Positions 19,814 through 32,941 of a DNA stretch of 64,000 nucleotides are shown piece after piece (position 1 is the stretch's first letter; every line of letters begins with the position of its first letter). The translations under genes were made by a program, and so were the position numbers. Origin of the DNA: Hydrurus foetidus (taxonomy: Eukaryota). The notes below the pieces were generated by a model. It was not told the origin of the DNA, did no database searches, and saw nothing but the letters and a program-made list of their open reading frames with translations. Where the stretch lies: assembly GCA_900617105.1 (NCBI GenBank), contig UYFQ01000162.1, positions 1 through 64,000 of the forward strand, written 5' to 3'.

Positions 19814-22800
19814 ATGAGTAGCAGCTACTACCATGTCTCCGATCCACTCGAGAACTTCGACCTGAGAGTTGTCGTCAGAGAGTCTTCAAGAGCGTTTGTT
19901 GGTGACAATGATGAGCCTGCATTTGCCGAGGAGGTGCATATTTCATGGCAGGAAAAACTCGATAGTCCAGCAGACATCGTCAAAAACATCCTCAAAAGCA
20001 GTCCAGCGGCGCTACAAAAGGTTGCCACTCCCGTCAACCCTTACATCACATGAACAATTTCAGCCTCCTCTGTCCTAAAAATTTGATCTCCCATATCGAT
20101 CATCTTTCACTGCAGAACGCTGGCGATGCGATAAAGGATGTTATGCTGTACACATACGTAGACAAAGACCAATTCTGGACTGACAAGGTCGATCATCATT
20201 TCTGTTTAACTACTGAAATACATACAAAATAATTACTTAGCACTCCGACAATTTCACAGCTTCCGCAGCTGCTGAATTCAATTACAGAAGAATCCTATCT
20301 CGGTGCAGCGATGTACAGTCAGCCAGCTGATTCGAACAGCGGAACGACAGCACACGACAGAGAGAAAAAATTGCTTACAAGAATGAACAGGTCTTTGATT
20401 TAAATGAAATTCATTTGATAGGTCTGTAGAACTTTATTTCGCAGTAGATGCTTTTGTCGACTGACTGTCATTCGTCACTGCCACTTGGTGAGCGATAGTG
20501 AATACTAACACGGAATCATCTTTCCATGATATCATGAAAAACAATCTAGAGACAAGCCGTTTAAGGCAATGCATATCTGTCTGGCGACAGATGTCGATGT
20601 AGCCGCACTGAAACAATGTAAATCCGTGAAATCACTCCAGGGCCATTTCACGGAACACATTTTATGCTCAATAAAGCTTTATCAGGACGGACTTTTAGAA
20701 GTTACCCCAGGATTTTCGGGGGTCACTATAGAGTCCATGGGTGGCGTGTCTGATGGATTCGGCTCTCAGAGTGATGAGTGTTCTTTATCGGCTTTTCTGG
20801 ATGAAGAGACTGTTGTCGGTGCAATGGCAAACGGATTTAATTTGACTACCAGGAAAATCAGATCGAAAAAAGGCAGTGAATATAAGTATGTTATACAAAA
20901 TATGAACGATTTACTCGTACCGCATCAAATAGAAGAAGTGGTAAAACAGCAGAAGGTACTAGACGCCAGATCATCTTTGCTCAATAAATCTTCAACGGAC
21001 ACTTCTAGTTGGAAGCAAGATCCCCCCCCAAAGGGGAAACAGAAAGTGCATGCAATTTATGCCGAGATTGTGAGTGGACAGGATTTCAGGGGAAACAAGA
21101 TATTTGTGAATTATCAAGTTATATCCCCCAAGGGATGGGATTTAAGAACTGGTAACTTGAGTGACGGGGCGGCTGAAAAAGACATTGCTGCAATTAAACA
21201 AGAAAATCATGTGAAGACAGGGAATAGAGAGAACAGAGGAAGGGGTGAGGGAAGGGGTGGTAAGGGTGTGGGGGTCGGTTTCGATGGTCCCTCTGGTTCT
21301 GATGTATTAGCGTTGGACGGGTATGCAGACGGCATGTATGCGAGGGGCATGCTATACGGCACAACACACACAGCCGCAGCTAAAGATAGTAGAAGACAGA
21401 ATGGACTACCTAGTAGACTACATCGGAAATCTTTTTTTATCTCATCAGAATTAGAAAAAGGTTCCAGAATATTTATCGGATTTAGTTTTTTCATCATAAC
21501 TGTAGCAGCGATTGTTTTAGGACATTCTTACCCTTTTTGGTTAGTACCGGCTTTAGTGATTATTTTTACCGTGGGTACCGGACCTCCCGGTGGAACAACT
21601 CAAGTTGTTCTTACAAAAAACGAAAAGAGCAGTACTGGGAGTAGTGACAAGAAGAACAATAATAATGATAATAGCAATAACAGTGACAATAAAAGTAGTG
21701 ATAGTAATAACAATAACAAAAACAAAAACAAGAATGGTAGAGTTTATTCTCAAACGCAAAGTGAAAGACAATTATGTGGCTCTCTCGTCTCATCTGCCGT
21801 AGCTCATCTTAATCATCTTATCAGCCTTAGTTTTGATGTCGCTGACACCAGTGCATCAGAACCGTTTCAAGATACTCCAGTTATGCACCTTCAAGTGTAC
21901 AGTTGTGCTCCGTGGGGTAGACATGTTTTGGAAGGGTATGGGCAGTTTAAAATACCGGGTGAGTTATTTTGTGTTGTGTTTAATTTTGTCGTGTCGAGTT
22001 ATACGGTACGGTACTGTACTTTACTATATTTCAAATTTATTTCAATTTTGCGATATTTACATTTCTGCATGCAATATTATCAATACTTTTATATTCTGAT
22101 GTAATTCGCTACAATTGATATTACAATTCATATGAATTTTTACATAATGCCTGGACATCAACTAACTTCATTGAAGCTAATCTTATCTTACACTCCTTCA
22201 AGCCTCCATTTATCACCATGAGTACTTTCCATCATCCACTTATATTCTCACTCCCACTCCAATTTATTTTTACTTTCATTTTCAATATTACACGTTTTAG
22301 AACGTCCAGGATCTGTGGACTGTGAAGTGCGTACTTGGCGACCCCAGGGGGATTTAGGTTCGAAAATGAGGGAGCACTTCCTGGGGTCTGCTGTGCGACT
22401 CAAAGACACGCACTTTGCAGGGGTGAGTGACAGGAGTACGTACAGTATAGTACGGTTTACTGTAGTGTAGTGCAGTGCAGTGCAGTGTAGTGCACTACCG
22501 TGTAACACAGTGCAGTATACACTATACAGTATACAGCATTTATAGACAGCATCGAAGACACATTTCGTTTGATAAACATGATCACAAACTCGTTGACACA
22601 CAGATCCCCCTCACAAAGTCACACTTTGACAATCACTCGCTTGCTCACACATACTCTCACACTCCTTCTCACCTCACCTCACTTCACTCCACCTCTTCAC
22701 ACATTGTTCCTATCATTATATAAGGTTCCCAAGGAATCTTCCCCAGTAGTGAATAGATTTGGAATGTTCTCCGAGAGCACTGGGTCTATTCGTATACGGT

Positions 22801-24182
22801 GCAGTGTAATCGTGACGGACGGACGCACAGCAGTCACCAAAATTAAACCACCCGTGGCAGAGTCAGAGTCTAGTCAGAGGTGGCGTACATGCAATTTTAT
22901 CAAAATCAATACTAGAATAAGAACAAGAGTCAGCAGTGTGTAAATGTGTTCTGTTCTGTTCTGTTCTGTTCTGCATTGTCGCTTTTAGAAAATATTAAGT
23001 TCTGTAGTCATCAGAAAGAATACATGCATCTCTGATCTCAACTCATCATAACTCCCTCCCTACCCATCTCCTTCTCCCTCTTACCCTCCCTCTCTTCCTT
23101 TTCCCCTTCCCTCCCTCCTTCCCTCCCTCCCACCCACCCATTTGAGCGCGCATGGACCATAAACCCACTCCAGTCTCATCAACCATCGACAATTTTGAAC
23201 ATTCCTTTTCATCTCTCTCTACAGAAGAAGAACAGTGGATGACATACTGCAAGCCTTTAAAGCAACCGGCACACTTCGAAGGTCATTCACATCCACCCAG
23301 AACCCCAGTCCCGGACCCGGTACCCAGGGAGGGACCTTGGGTGCAGGTTCTGGAATGACCCCGAATCGGGTCCAAGGTCTGCTCACCTCTAAACTCCTCG
23401 CCTCCCGGTCTTCTGGGGAAGGGTTTTCTCTTTCTCTATCTAATATGGATCCGGGGCAGAGTAAAGGGGATAGAGTCGCAGAGATATTGTCACGTGTACG
23501 TACTTTAACTAGGAGATTGGATGATTACACGAGTTTGAATACAAGTATTAATGTGGCTGCTAGTAAGGATAGTAAGAACGATGGTTACGGTATGAAGAGT
23601 GATAGCAATGGTAGCGGTGCGGCAACTAACGCAAATCCTGACAAGACCTCTTCCACTAGTGCTAGCAGTAGTGGTAGTAGTGGTAGTAGTGGTACAGGAG
23701 TGACGAGCAAGAAATCTGATTCATCTAAAGACATTTCAAGCAAGGCCAGTGCGATCTCACTAGAGATGTCGAGTGAAATCCCTTCTGTCATTGGTCTACC
23801 AGTAGGAGTCACAGAAGGGAAAGACTCATCACGCCCTGTAAGTCGGTCCTATAAAGGCGAAAGTGGAGGAGGGAGTGGGGGTGATGCCAAGGGTGATCAT
23901 TCACCAGCACTGCAATCAAGAGTGGGTAGAAGTAAGAATAACAGAGCGCACAGATATGAGAATTCTGACGTCATAGGAGAAGAAGATGACGCAGACCTGT
24001 TGGGAGATGATGCAAAGGGACAAGAAGAAGAAGTGGAGGGTGAGGTACACAAGACTGATGGAGTATTTAAAAGGGAAAGGGAGAAGGGTAGAAGAGGGAT
24101 GTCGCCTGGTAGTGGCAAAGAGAGGGATGAAGATGATGATAATAGGGGTTCGTCTGAGAATGATCGATTACTGGATCGGTAG
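19814..24182 (+). CDS. MKS1: MKS1, B9-domain ciliary transition-zone protein, multi-exon
   Basis: DPLENFDLRV, ISWQEKL, EHILCSIK..DGLLEVTPGF, B9 segments AEIVSGQDF and GRHVLEGYG, PGS...VRTWRP, NRFG...ESTGSI. GT-AG introns; low-complexity last exon. Confidence 0.85.
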
Positions 24183-25864
24183 TTCGTTACTCTGTGCGTA
24201 CTTCTTTCTCTTCATTTATTTGTCAGATATTATGCAAAATGTTCTTTTCAGTGGTCATGCCGTGGCGTAGAGTCAGCGTGCTTTTGGACTTTATTTTTTG
24301 AATCAATTTTAAATTAAATTACAATGACGATGATATGCATTAGATGTGCGACAATCAATCAGTCTATCAATCAATCAATCTACGAGTCTCTAATTATCAG
24401 TACGGAATTGATATGTAGTCATCTGTAGGTTCTTCTATCCTCTTTATTCCGCCTTTCACATCATTTCATCACGGCAGCAAAATCCTCCAAAGACACTGAA
24501 GTACTCTGCGCTGTACAGTGTTGGACATCTACTCAAGTTTGCATATGGAATAATTTGAATATAATGAGTGTGATAAATTGCTTGAGCATCAGAGAAGGTG
24601 ATTGACAGTTCAAAATAGACTGACTGCGGAAAAGCGAGAAGAGAACTCGGACGTCATCGGATCAGAATCGCATGTGCTCCATTATGATGTGACTGCATCT
24701 AGGCCATGCGAAGCGGTGGAGAGGATATTTGAAGTGATCTGTCTCAGAGCTGAGGTCTGTTCGTATGTCTGTCTGTACGTCTATCTATCTCTTTTGCCTG
24801 TCTCTACCATTCTTTAAGTTGGAGTCCTGCGATCAAGGAGAGAGGACATTTACATAGACACCCTCTCGGCCTTAGAGCAGAGCAATCGTCATACTAAATA
24901 ATCCGGTATCCTATCCACGGAGAATCAGAACCGATTCGATTTAGTTGAACTCGACTAAGTCATGAAGAGCTCTCAGGGAATGAATGAAAATGTTCGTTAC
25001 GCCTTATGTCTGAAAGAGTCTATCAAAAAGAGGTCTCCTTTCTATATTGCTGCTGCATGGTACTGGCATGAGTATCGGTCGAGTTCAGCCGTGGAGTGTG
25101 CAGGTAGCACATCCATGCGTGCAATTTATCTTTCTATTCTGCCCGACCCTACTGCTCATAAGGGGTCCAGTCCAGTGAAGTGAAGTGCCATTTAATGCAG
25201 TGCAGTGCAGTGCAATGCAACACGATAGATAGATAGATAGATAGACGTATAGAGTGAGTGACTGACAGTGTTGTACCCCTTCTCAGATGGCATACCAACG
25301 TCAGCATCCTGATCCACATAACTCAACTCTCAAGATAGCCGCTGCTCCATGGTATTCAATCTACAGCTACCTCACATTGTACTGTAGTGTAGTGGCCGAC
25401 AGACAGATGACCTTCTGTCCTCATTTTTAGAATTCATTAAGACATCATTCAGACCGCCACCCACAGCCCAAAGAAAAATTAAGTTGGTAACAAGTCATCT
25501 GGTAACCAGCCACTACGTTACTGTACGATACGATACTCTACTGTACGGTACTGTACTACACTGTATTGTACTCTACTGTACTGTGCTGTGAGATTTTGAT
25601 AAATTGACGCATGCACGTAGCAGCAATCCTAGTGGTCAGGAGCCTTCAAAGTCAACTCACTGATCTATTGTATGTGTATCTCCCCTCCCCTCCATGTCCG
25701 TCTCTTAACTTAACTTGCATCACCAGAGTAGAGCGAAACAAACATGTCCCCCATTCATGTTCCTGAATCCAAGCAAATATTTGGATACTTCTGTGTCTTT
25801 TCTTTGCTCTAACGGCTCATTCTCACACTTATTTGAGACGTTATTCAGCTCCGATAGCATGGTA

Positions 25865-26950
25865 TCATATTTTGACTGCAAATGTGATAACACAGTCTCC
25901 CGTATTCTCCTTCGCGTCATCATATTCAATATCATTCTTTGATTTCTTAGAGTAACGCAGACCTTCCCCTCCTTCTTCTTCTCTTCTTTTTCCTCCTCTA
26001 CTTGCACCTCTTTTCTTCTTTTTTTCTTCTCCAATAGGAATCATTTTTGTCACTTGAAACCCTCTCTCTTCCAAAACACTTTCATCTAATCTATTCTTCG
26101 TCACGAAAGCACATTCACATCCACTTTTCAAACCTTTTCCTAACGCCTCTAGAATATTCTCCGTCTCGTTGTGATACTCAAAAATATTTTCCCCCCAAGG
26201 GAAATTGCAAAACACACAGTCTACTATACCCCAGGGAGCTAGGGGGTCATTTTGCACCGGGTCGGAACGGGTTCGGGGTACCATTTGCTGTTGTAGGAAA
26301 CGTTTCGTTCTGCCACTAGTGGGGATGGAGAGTTCTGCATTGCTTCTCATCTCAGATGATGATGGTCCAATAGTATCATACAACGACACTGACTGTGACG
26401 TTGATCTTAGTTCTAATGCAGATACCGACATCGAAGTATCTGCAATTGATTGAGTTGAATCAGGATTATTATCCGGATAAGAATCAACATCTAATTGTTT
26501 CCTAGCGCTTTTTCCTAACGATTCTGATGATTCTGTCAGTTCTAAATCTGATGTGCAGATATCTTCAGTGCGGTTGGTCGTCACATCAGCGTCATTAGCA
26601 TTCTTTGATATACCGTCATAAGGTCTCCAAGGTGTAGACTGATAAGCCGCATCCTAGAGGAGAGGGGACGAGAAGAGAGAGGAGAGGTGCAGTAGATGAG
26701 GTGACATCAACTAGGAAGGCGATCACGTTTGAGAGACAATTGCTGTGCTGACAAAAGGTAGTATGGACGAGGGAAGCTTTCATGGCGAGTGATCATCATT
26801 ATGACCATGACAGTAGAGTTAAAAAACGAGGATTGCATTTTGTCGCTGGTACACTTTAATGCCGGACCTAGACCACAACACAGCAAGAAACTTCAACGCA
26901 CATCAGCGCACAGACATTTTTTCTTTCGATGAATATCTTCTAAATTAGAA

Positions 26951-26990
<40 letters not shown>

Positions 26991-28824
26991 GCATGTTGAC
27001 GTTTTTTGCTGTGTGGTGGTCTGGGTCCAGCATGAAAATGGATAATATCAGATCATCAAAAAAATGCGAACCTTACGATGCAAGAGAAAAAACGAAAGCA
27101 GAGATTTATGCAATGCAAGTACGCATATGAGTCACTGGATGACGTCATTCGCAAGTGATACTGTTACGCACGTATGATATGAGTACACGTTCAGTATAGT
27201 GAAGTACAGTGCCGTACTGTACAGTGCAATACAATGCAGAGTAGCACGGTATAGAGATGTGCCACCACAATAGCCGCCAAAATCTTACTTTAACAAATAG
27301 CTGCAGCATAGGACCATCACCACTGTCCACTTCCTCTCCAACACTACTCATTGTTGAAGGTGAAGTTGAAGTTGAACTTGTAGTAGCAGTATCCTGTAGA
27401 CTGAATCCAGCGTGTTTCAGATTTTCCAGTGCGCCTTTTACGAAGGCAGAATTCACATCCGATCCTATTGCTCGGAATCCTAATCTGAGTGTTGCGTTGC
27501 GTTGCGTTGTGTTGTGTTACGCTTTGATATGTTGTGTCATGTGTTGTGATATGTTATATTATGTTGTTGTGTGTTTTGTTGTGGTGGGTTGTGTCGTGTA
27601 GTGTTGTCTTCTATATTGTGTTGTGCCTATTACGTCATGTTGTGTAGTTGGGGCAGAGTAGTGACACGTGACAGGTTATATAAAGCACCTCCATATTCAT
27701 TTTATCATTCTAGGCATGATATGATATGATGTAATATGACATGGCAGGGCATCGTGCAGTTTTGAACAGAATACGATTCTCAGCACTTTCCGCACATTAA
27801 ACACTGCAATTCTTCAGTTTGATTCAGTTCTACGGTGGTACTCACTTTCTCGCGATGAAAAGTGTTGTACCACTCCCACAGCATGGATCTAGAACAGTAA
27901 ATTCCGACTTTCTCGACTCCACATCATTTCCATGAAAGAGTTTTCTCATCTCTTCTTTGGCTCTGAGCTTTGCTTGAAGGATATTCAGAACAGCTTCTGC
28001 TATTTCAATGTTCAGTGCTGCTGAGAATATAAATGGTCTGCCAGCCCACATCTCTTTTGTGCTCATTTTAGACACTCCTTGAACAGATGAAGGAGAATTC
28101 ACATCGTTGTTGGTAAGCATTTTCTCACCCCTACTACCGCTGAAGCCCATGCTGTTAGGACGAGTGTCTAGAGGGTTGAGAGGCTCAGAAGAGGAACCAA
28201 AGTGAAAACCGTCCTGAGTTTCAAGCAGATAATAGAACACTTTTGCCTCTCTAGGATCTAAAGCAGGAATTCCTCTGATGCACTGAGAAATTGCACAGAA
28301 AAGAGTTTTTGAGGAGAAGGATTTCCTGTCTACAGCAGTTCTGGAAGATTTGAATGTGCTGATGGTTGTTTCAGGCATAGTAGCAGTACCGTCACGAATG
28401 GGGCTGGATTCTATTGCGAACTCTTCAATCCCAGCAGTGATGTCAGTTTCAATAGGTGCAAGGCATTCATACTCGATACTCCAGAGTAGAGGTTGCACAA
28501 TCTCGAGATCTTGCAAGACTTTGATCAAATTCGCGGGTGTTTCAGCAAATGCGATGCTGACTACTTCAGATCTAAATGATGACAGCAGTTTGGATCGAAA
28601 TCATTCTTACGACTGTCTGCAGGCTGTATTGGTGTGCTCCATAGATGTGTAGAAAGCTGATTTGAAGCTGGTACACATTCGGCGATTTCGTGATTGAAAA
28701 GTCGCTCCAACCGTAATCTTTGTTTCAGTATCAGTAGTTTTTCAGCACATACTCCAAATAAAAAGCTTCGCAGGAGCAGTAGCAGAAAAATTCTGCTTCC
28801 GAAAAACAGTCTTGTCGTGGCCAT
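25865..28824 (-). CDS. SAM-dependent methyltransferase (RNA methylase-like), multi-exon
   Basis: Motif I VLDPCCGSGT and motif IV-like DCVFCNFPWG. Hydrophobic N-terminus. The exon join near 28600 is unresolved. Confidence 0.75.
26859..27033. repeat. Intronic inverted repeat (39-bp arms) enclosing (GT)17
   Basis: 26859-26897 is the reverse complement of 26995-27033 with about 5 mismatches. Microsatellite at 26953-26986. Confidence 0.85.
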
Positions 28825-29138
28825 GCTGACTTCTGAGGAGCGGGAGGCATCTGACAACAGGAGGATAATTTCTATGGTGCATGGTGCACGACGTTTGACT
28901 TGACAAAGCTTGAAGAACAACGATTGAAACTACGGTGTATACCGGAGACCGTTTACCGTCGAAACTGTAAAACTTACTTCTAAACCATTCCAATCCCAAA
29001 TCTCCTCTCACTCTCCTATCTATCACTATGCCAGAGCATTGCAACATGTAGACTGGAGACGAAAAACAAGAAGAAGAAAAATTGGAATTCTCGTTTCGTC
29101 GAAAATAGTAAGCAACGGCATTGTAATCACCGGGAGTC

Positions 29139-29747
29139 ATGGAAATTTCCTCGTCTAATGATGGTCTCCTCACAAATATTGAGGTATTTGACCTTATTGA
29201 GGCGAGGCGACAGTTGCGAGCGGACAACCGTACAATAGCTATCGAGCTGCAGAATAGGGAAAAGATTGAAATGCAGGTAGATTTCCACATGGCCACATTC
29301 AATAGTGCTTTAATTAACATCAGTGAATGATCTTTCATCAAAGGTGATGAAGTATGTCAAACAAAGCGTAGTTGGAAACACAGCTGAGCTCGTACGTCTA
29401 TGCCTCTCGAGATTAAAAAAACTTGACTTGGACCTAACAGAGGCAGAACTTATTCAGATTGCTAACCATGTCCCACTTTTCCCGGTGGAAATTCATCTTG
29501 TAAGTGATAAAATGCTATTGGTGATACTGAAGAGATCAACTATAACATTTTGATTATGAACTCAAAACTGAGAATCTCGACACCTTTCAAGACCATAACT
29601 TGAACTTTAATTTACCCATTTTCTGGTCACTCTCCAAATGTCTATCAGATAATAGAGGAATGTACCGAGAGGCTATCAGAAGATCAGTTGAACAGCGTCA
29701 TCGCGGTGCTCACAGAAACTTACTCTTCCCTCTCAAGCGAAACTTAA
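29139..29747 (+). CDS. RPC9: RNA polymerase III subunit RPC9/C17 (Rpb4 family), 3 exons
   Basis: LLTNIEV, LTEAELIQIANHVP..PVEIHL spliced to IIEECTERL. Exons ~29139-29276, ~29344-29499, 29649-29747. Confidence 0.85.
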
Positions 29748-30680
29748 ACATGGGATCGCAGAATTCTGTAGTAGAGTAGCTATGTCAACAGTGCTTTGAC
29801 TACCTGGCTAAGATCGCCCTGAACTGGCTAAAATGATAACTGTCGTCACTTTGAGTCCACGGAAGTTTTCACTGACACTTGAGATGACTAGGAGTCCTTG
29901 ATAACGGACAGCCGGATAAGCATGATGTCAACGTCTCAATTTTCATCCGAATCTGAATGGCAACCATCTGACATGCATACCTGCGTGATGTGAGTGTCAA
30001 ACTAGCACAGGGTGACTGACAGGCGAAACTCTGTTTATCCGAGCAATAAAACAGATTTGAGAACAAGAGTCTCTCAGGGAGGTCGGCCCCTCATCATCAT
30101 TGATATTTCATATTCCATCATGCTTATGTCACACTAGTTTGCCTCTGCTGTCATTATTGCGGACCGCACCAGCAGTTCTGCGAGAGTACTGTTTATATCG
30201 ACAGGAGAACTCGACCTGTTTAAGTTGCTTACTTGATGAATTTTACGATTGTAACTGGACCTCTACATTGAAAAATGATCCTTTTCACAGTGCCCACACA
30301 AGCCGAAAAGTAGGGTTTCAAAATAGAGTGCTGTGTTCTCCTATTTCATTCCGAGTTATGCTCATCTGACTTTCCCACATGTCAAGAAAAAAGAAGCCAA
30401 CATCTGACAACTTTGACTTTTGTTTATCAGAGTGCAATGCAGGGTAAAGCAAGCTGTACTAGATATCTTACTTGCTGGCTCTTCGGGCAACCAATTGCGA
30501 TTGGTAACATCGCCACTAAATTCGTGGCACTCTTTTCAGTAGGATATGTCATTGCGTACTGGAATTTCGTGGTTCAAAGTTCTTGTCAAACGTATCTACT
30601 CAGTGAGAGGGATGAGTATGGACACAGTCAGGTGATGAGTAATGTGATTGTGTTCCACACCAGTCGTGGAATCGAGGAAA

Positions 30681-31604
30681 TCACTTGAGACGATTCTGCC
30701 TCTTCGCCCTGTCGATGCAGTCTATCAAAGGTCTGATGACTTTCCTATTTTCAAAATCTGTCTGGAATGGAGCCAGACATGATGTTTTGAATTCTACTAA
30801 TGTGGCGACATTATCGCTTTTTATATGCTGGTTAGCGTAAGTGCTAAAGTCTTCCGTACCCACCATGAGCGATAAGGCACCCAACGCCTTTAATGTGTGT
30901 ATACCAAGTATACCTGCATGCACCCTCTCAATCAGGTTGATACTCAGCATAAAAATACCCCTTTCTCGTATTGTTGGCATGACTCTATTCTCACCTATCT
31001 CATCCAAATGACGCATCAGATCGTACAAATAGTAGAATACCACAATTTCCTGTCTTTGATGCAAATCGCCTGCTTTGATGTGAAATCTTAAGAGTTCTGG
31101 TGCTTCAAGTGCTCCTTCAATAACATCAGCGATATGATTCATCAGTCCTATAAGATCACTTGTTTGCAATGCTTCAACGTGAGACCAAGCATTTTTTAGA
31201 ATAATTCCCAGCCCTCTTTCAAATTTGTCACACTCCACAGCGAAGTCGAAAATTGGACCTGATCCAATGACCCTTGCGCGTCGTTGATGTTGCTTGAATT
31301 CGATGAGATTCTTTAGGCATAAATTCAGTTTGCCATCCTCGAGCAGAAATCTCAGTGCTTGTTCCTCAGTCTCCCAAAGTGTTTTGTCCTCTTTACCAGC
31401 TGCTAGATTAGACTCCATGTCGCTCACATTCGCAACTCTCCCTAAAACATCAGCCATTTCAAACCATGCGTCCGCAAAGAGTGGGAAACTAGCAAGTTTT
31501 CTAATGTGTTTTCGCAAGTCCTCTGCCAATTTGTTGGAGAGGTCCTCCAAAGAGTCCGTTTCGACCTTTGAGGAATACCTGTCCGTCTTTGACTTTGACG
31601 ACAT
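30681..31604 (-). CDS. Uncharacterised 307-aa helical protein
   Basis: Single long ORF with ATG and globular composition. Confidence 0.8.
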   Translation of the reverse strand: MSSKSKTDRYSSKVETDSLEDLSNKLAEDLRKHIRKLASFPLFADAWFEMADVLGRVANVSDMESNLAAGKEDKTLWETEEQALRFLLEDGKLNLCLKNLIEFKQHQRRARVIGSGPIFDFAVECDKFERGLGIILKNAWSHVEALQTSDLIGLMNHIADVIEGALEAPELLRFHIKAGDLHQRQEIVVFYYLYDLMRHLDEIGENRVMPTIRERGIFMLSINLIERVHAGILGIHTLKALGALSLMVGTEDFSTYANQHIKSDNVATLVEFKTSCLAPFQTDFENRKVIRPLIDCIDRAKRQNRLK

Positions 31605-32941
31605 TTTCCGCTATTGATTCGATATACAGTCAATTTGAGAGAGAGTCAAATAGCTGCGGGAGCCGTGTACTTCTCCTTGATGCTCGGTCAATGATGAAGA
31701 AAATCGAAATAAGTCAACTGTTGATCACCGACGAGGAAAGAGGGTTTTACTCCGATATCACGACCTTTCCGTTGCCGTTCCCATTTGAAGTAAGCGTATC
31801 GGTGACGGTGTAGTCACAGCTTTCTTGACAAAGCGCTTTGAACTCAAAACTCGCGTCAGGTGGGATAATCAAAGTTATAAATATCAGGTGATCGATCAGC
31901 ATCTCTTCATTCGTATTCTATGTTGCGTGCTTTGAAAAAGAAAACATCGCGTTTTTTTAGTTTTTAACGTAACGTACTGACAGAAGATTACGTGTACGTG
32001 CATAACGGGGACCTGCGAACCTGCGGACTTCCTTTCAGCTTTTTCTGGTTATGCAGGTATATATGGGAGGAAGTTTGCTGGTAGCTTCTATGAGTAAGGA
32101 GAACGCGAAGCATTTTAGTTCTCAGAACTGCGAAGGAATTATTCCCGAAGACTTCGAAGAGATATTTTCTTTCTTGAAAAATGATACCTTTGGACAAAAA
32201 ATGAGTTACTCGATTTGCATCAAAATAATTCAGTCGAAGTACTGTAAAGATTTCTAAAATCTGTAGAACTTCAGTCGAGGCAAGATGAGGATCTATCGCG
32301 ACGAAGAGTTGCAGAGTCATGTATGCAATTTTGATTATTGGCCTCGTAATTCTGGTAGCTGATTTCCCCTCAACTGTCATTCAACGATACATTTGCGGAA
32401 TACCAAAAGTTGCGAAGCAGCAGCTTAGAGAAAAGACCTTCATATCGAATTTAGTTAAAGGTGAATATGTGGCGCTGCATAATGAAATTGAGGGGAAAGG
32501 TACTTCTCAGCACGTGAATGGTGGGCGGTTTTCTTAATTTGAAAATAGCTGCTCATTACACGCTTAAGGCAAAATTTTTCAACAGTACGCTGCTCATATG
32601 CAAGTGCTCAGCAGAGTTGTGGAGTGTGGAGTACTCAACAACTTTTGTAATGTGTCCCTTTGGGGATTCCGCTCTTGTCAGGACACCTCTCTTTTTATTT
32701 TTTATTTTCGGGGAAAGGGCACAGCCACAAAAAATCTCAACAACGAAAAGGTTTCGGGTTTCGTCTCGAAGGCATCTCCGGTTGGAGACGTACGTTTCAG
32801 TCGGGCACTATACTGCGCTGCTATGCAACACATCGTCCATTATTTTTCACTGCAAGTCTCACCGTAAGGACCCCGACACTCTATTCCGAGTTACATTGTG
32901 CTCCTTACAACGTACGATATTGTCTGGCGTGCGGTGCAAAA

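Noticed and set aside
29806..29816. U2 snRNA-like TGGCTAAGATC
   Set aside because: No branch-point recognition sequence or Sm site follows.
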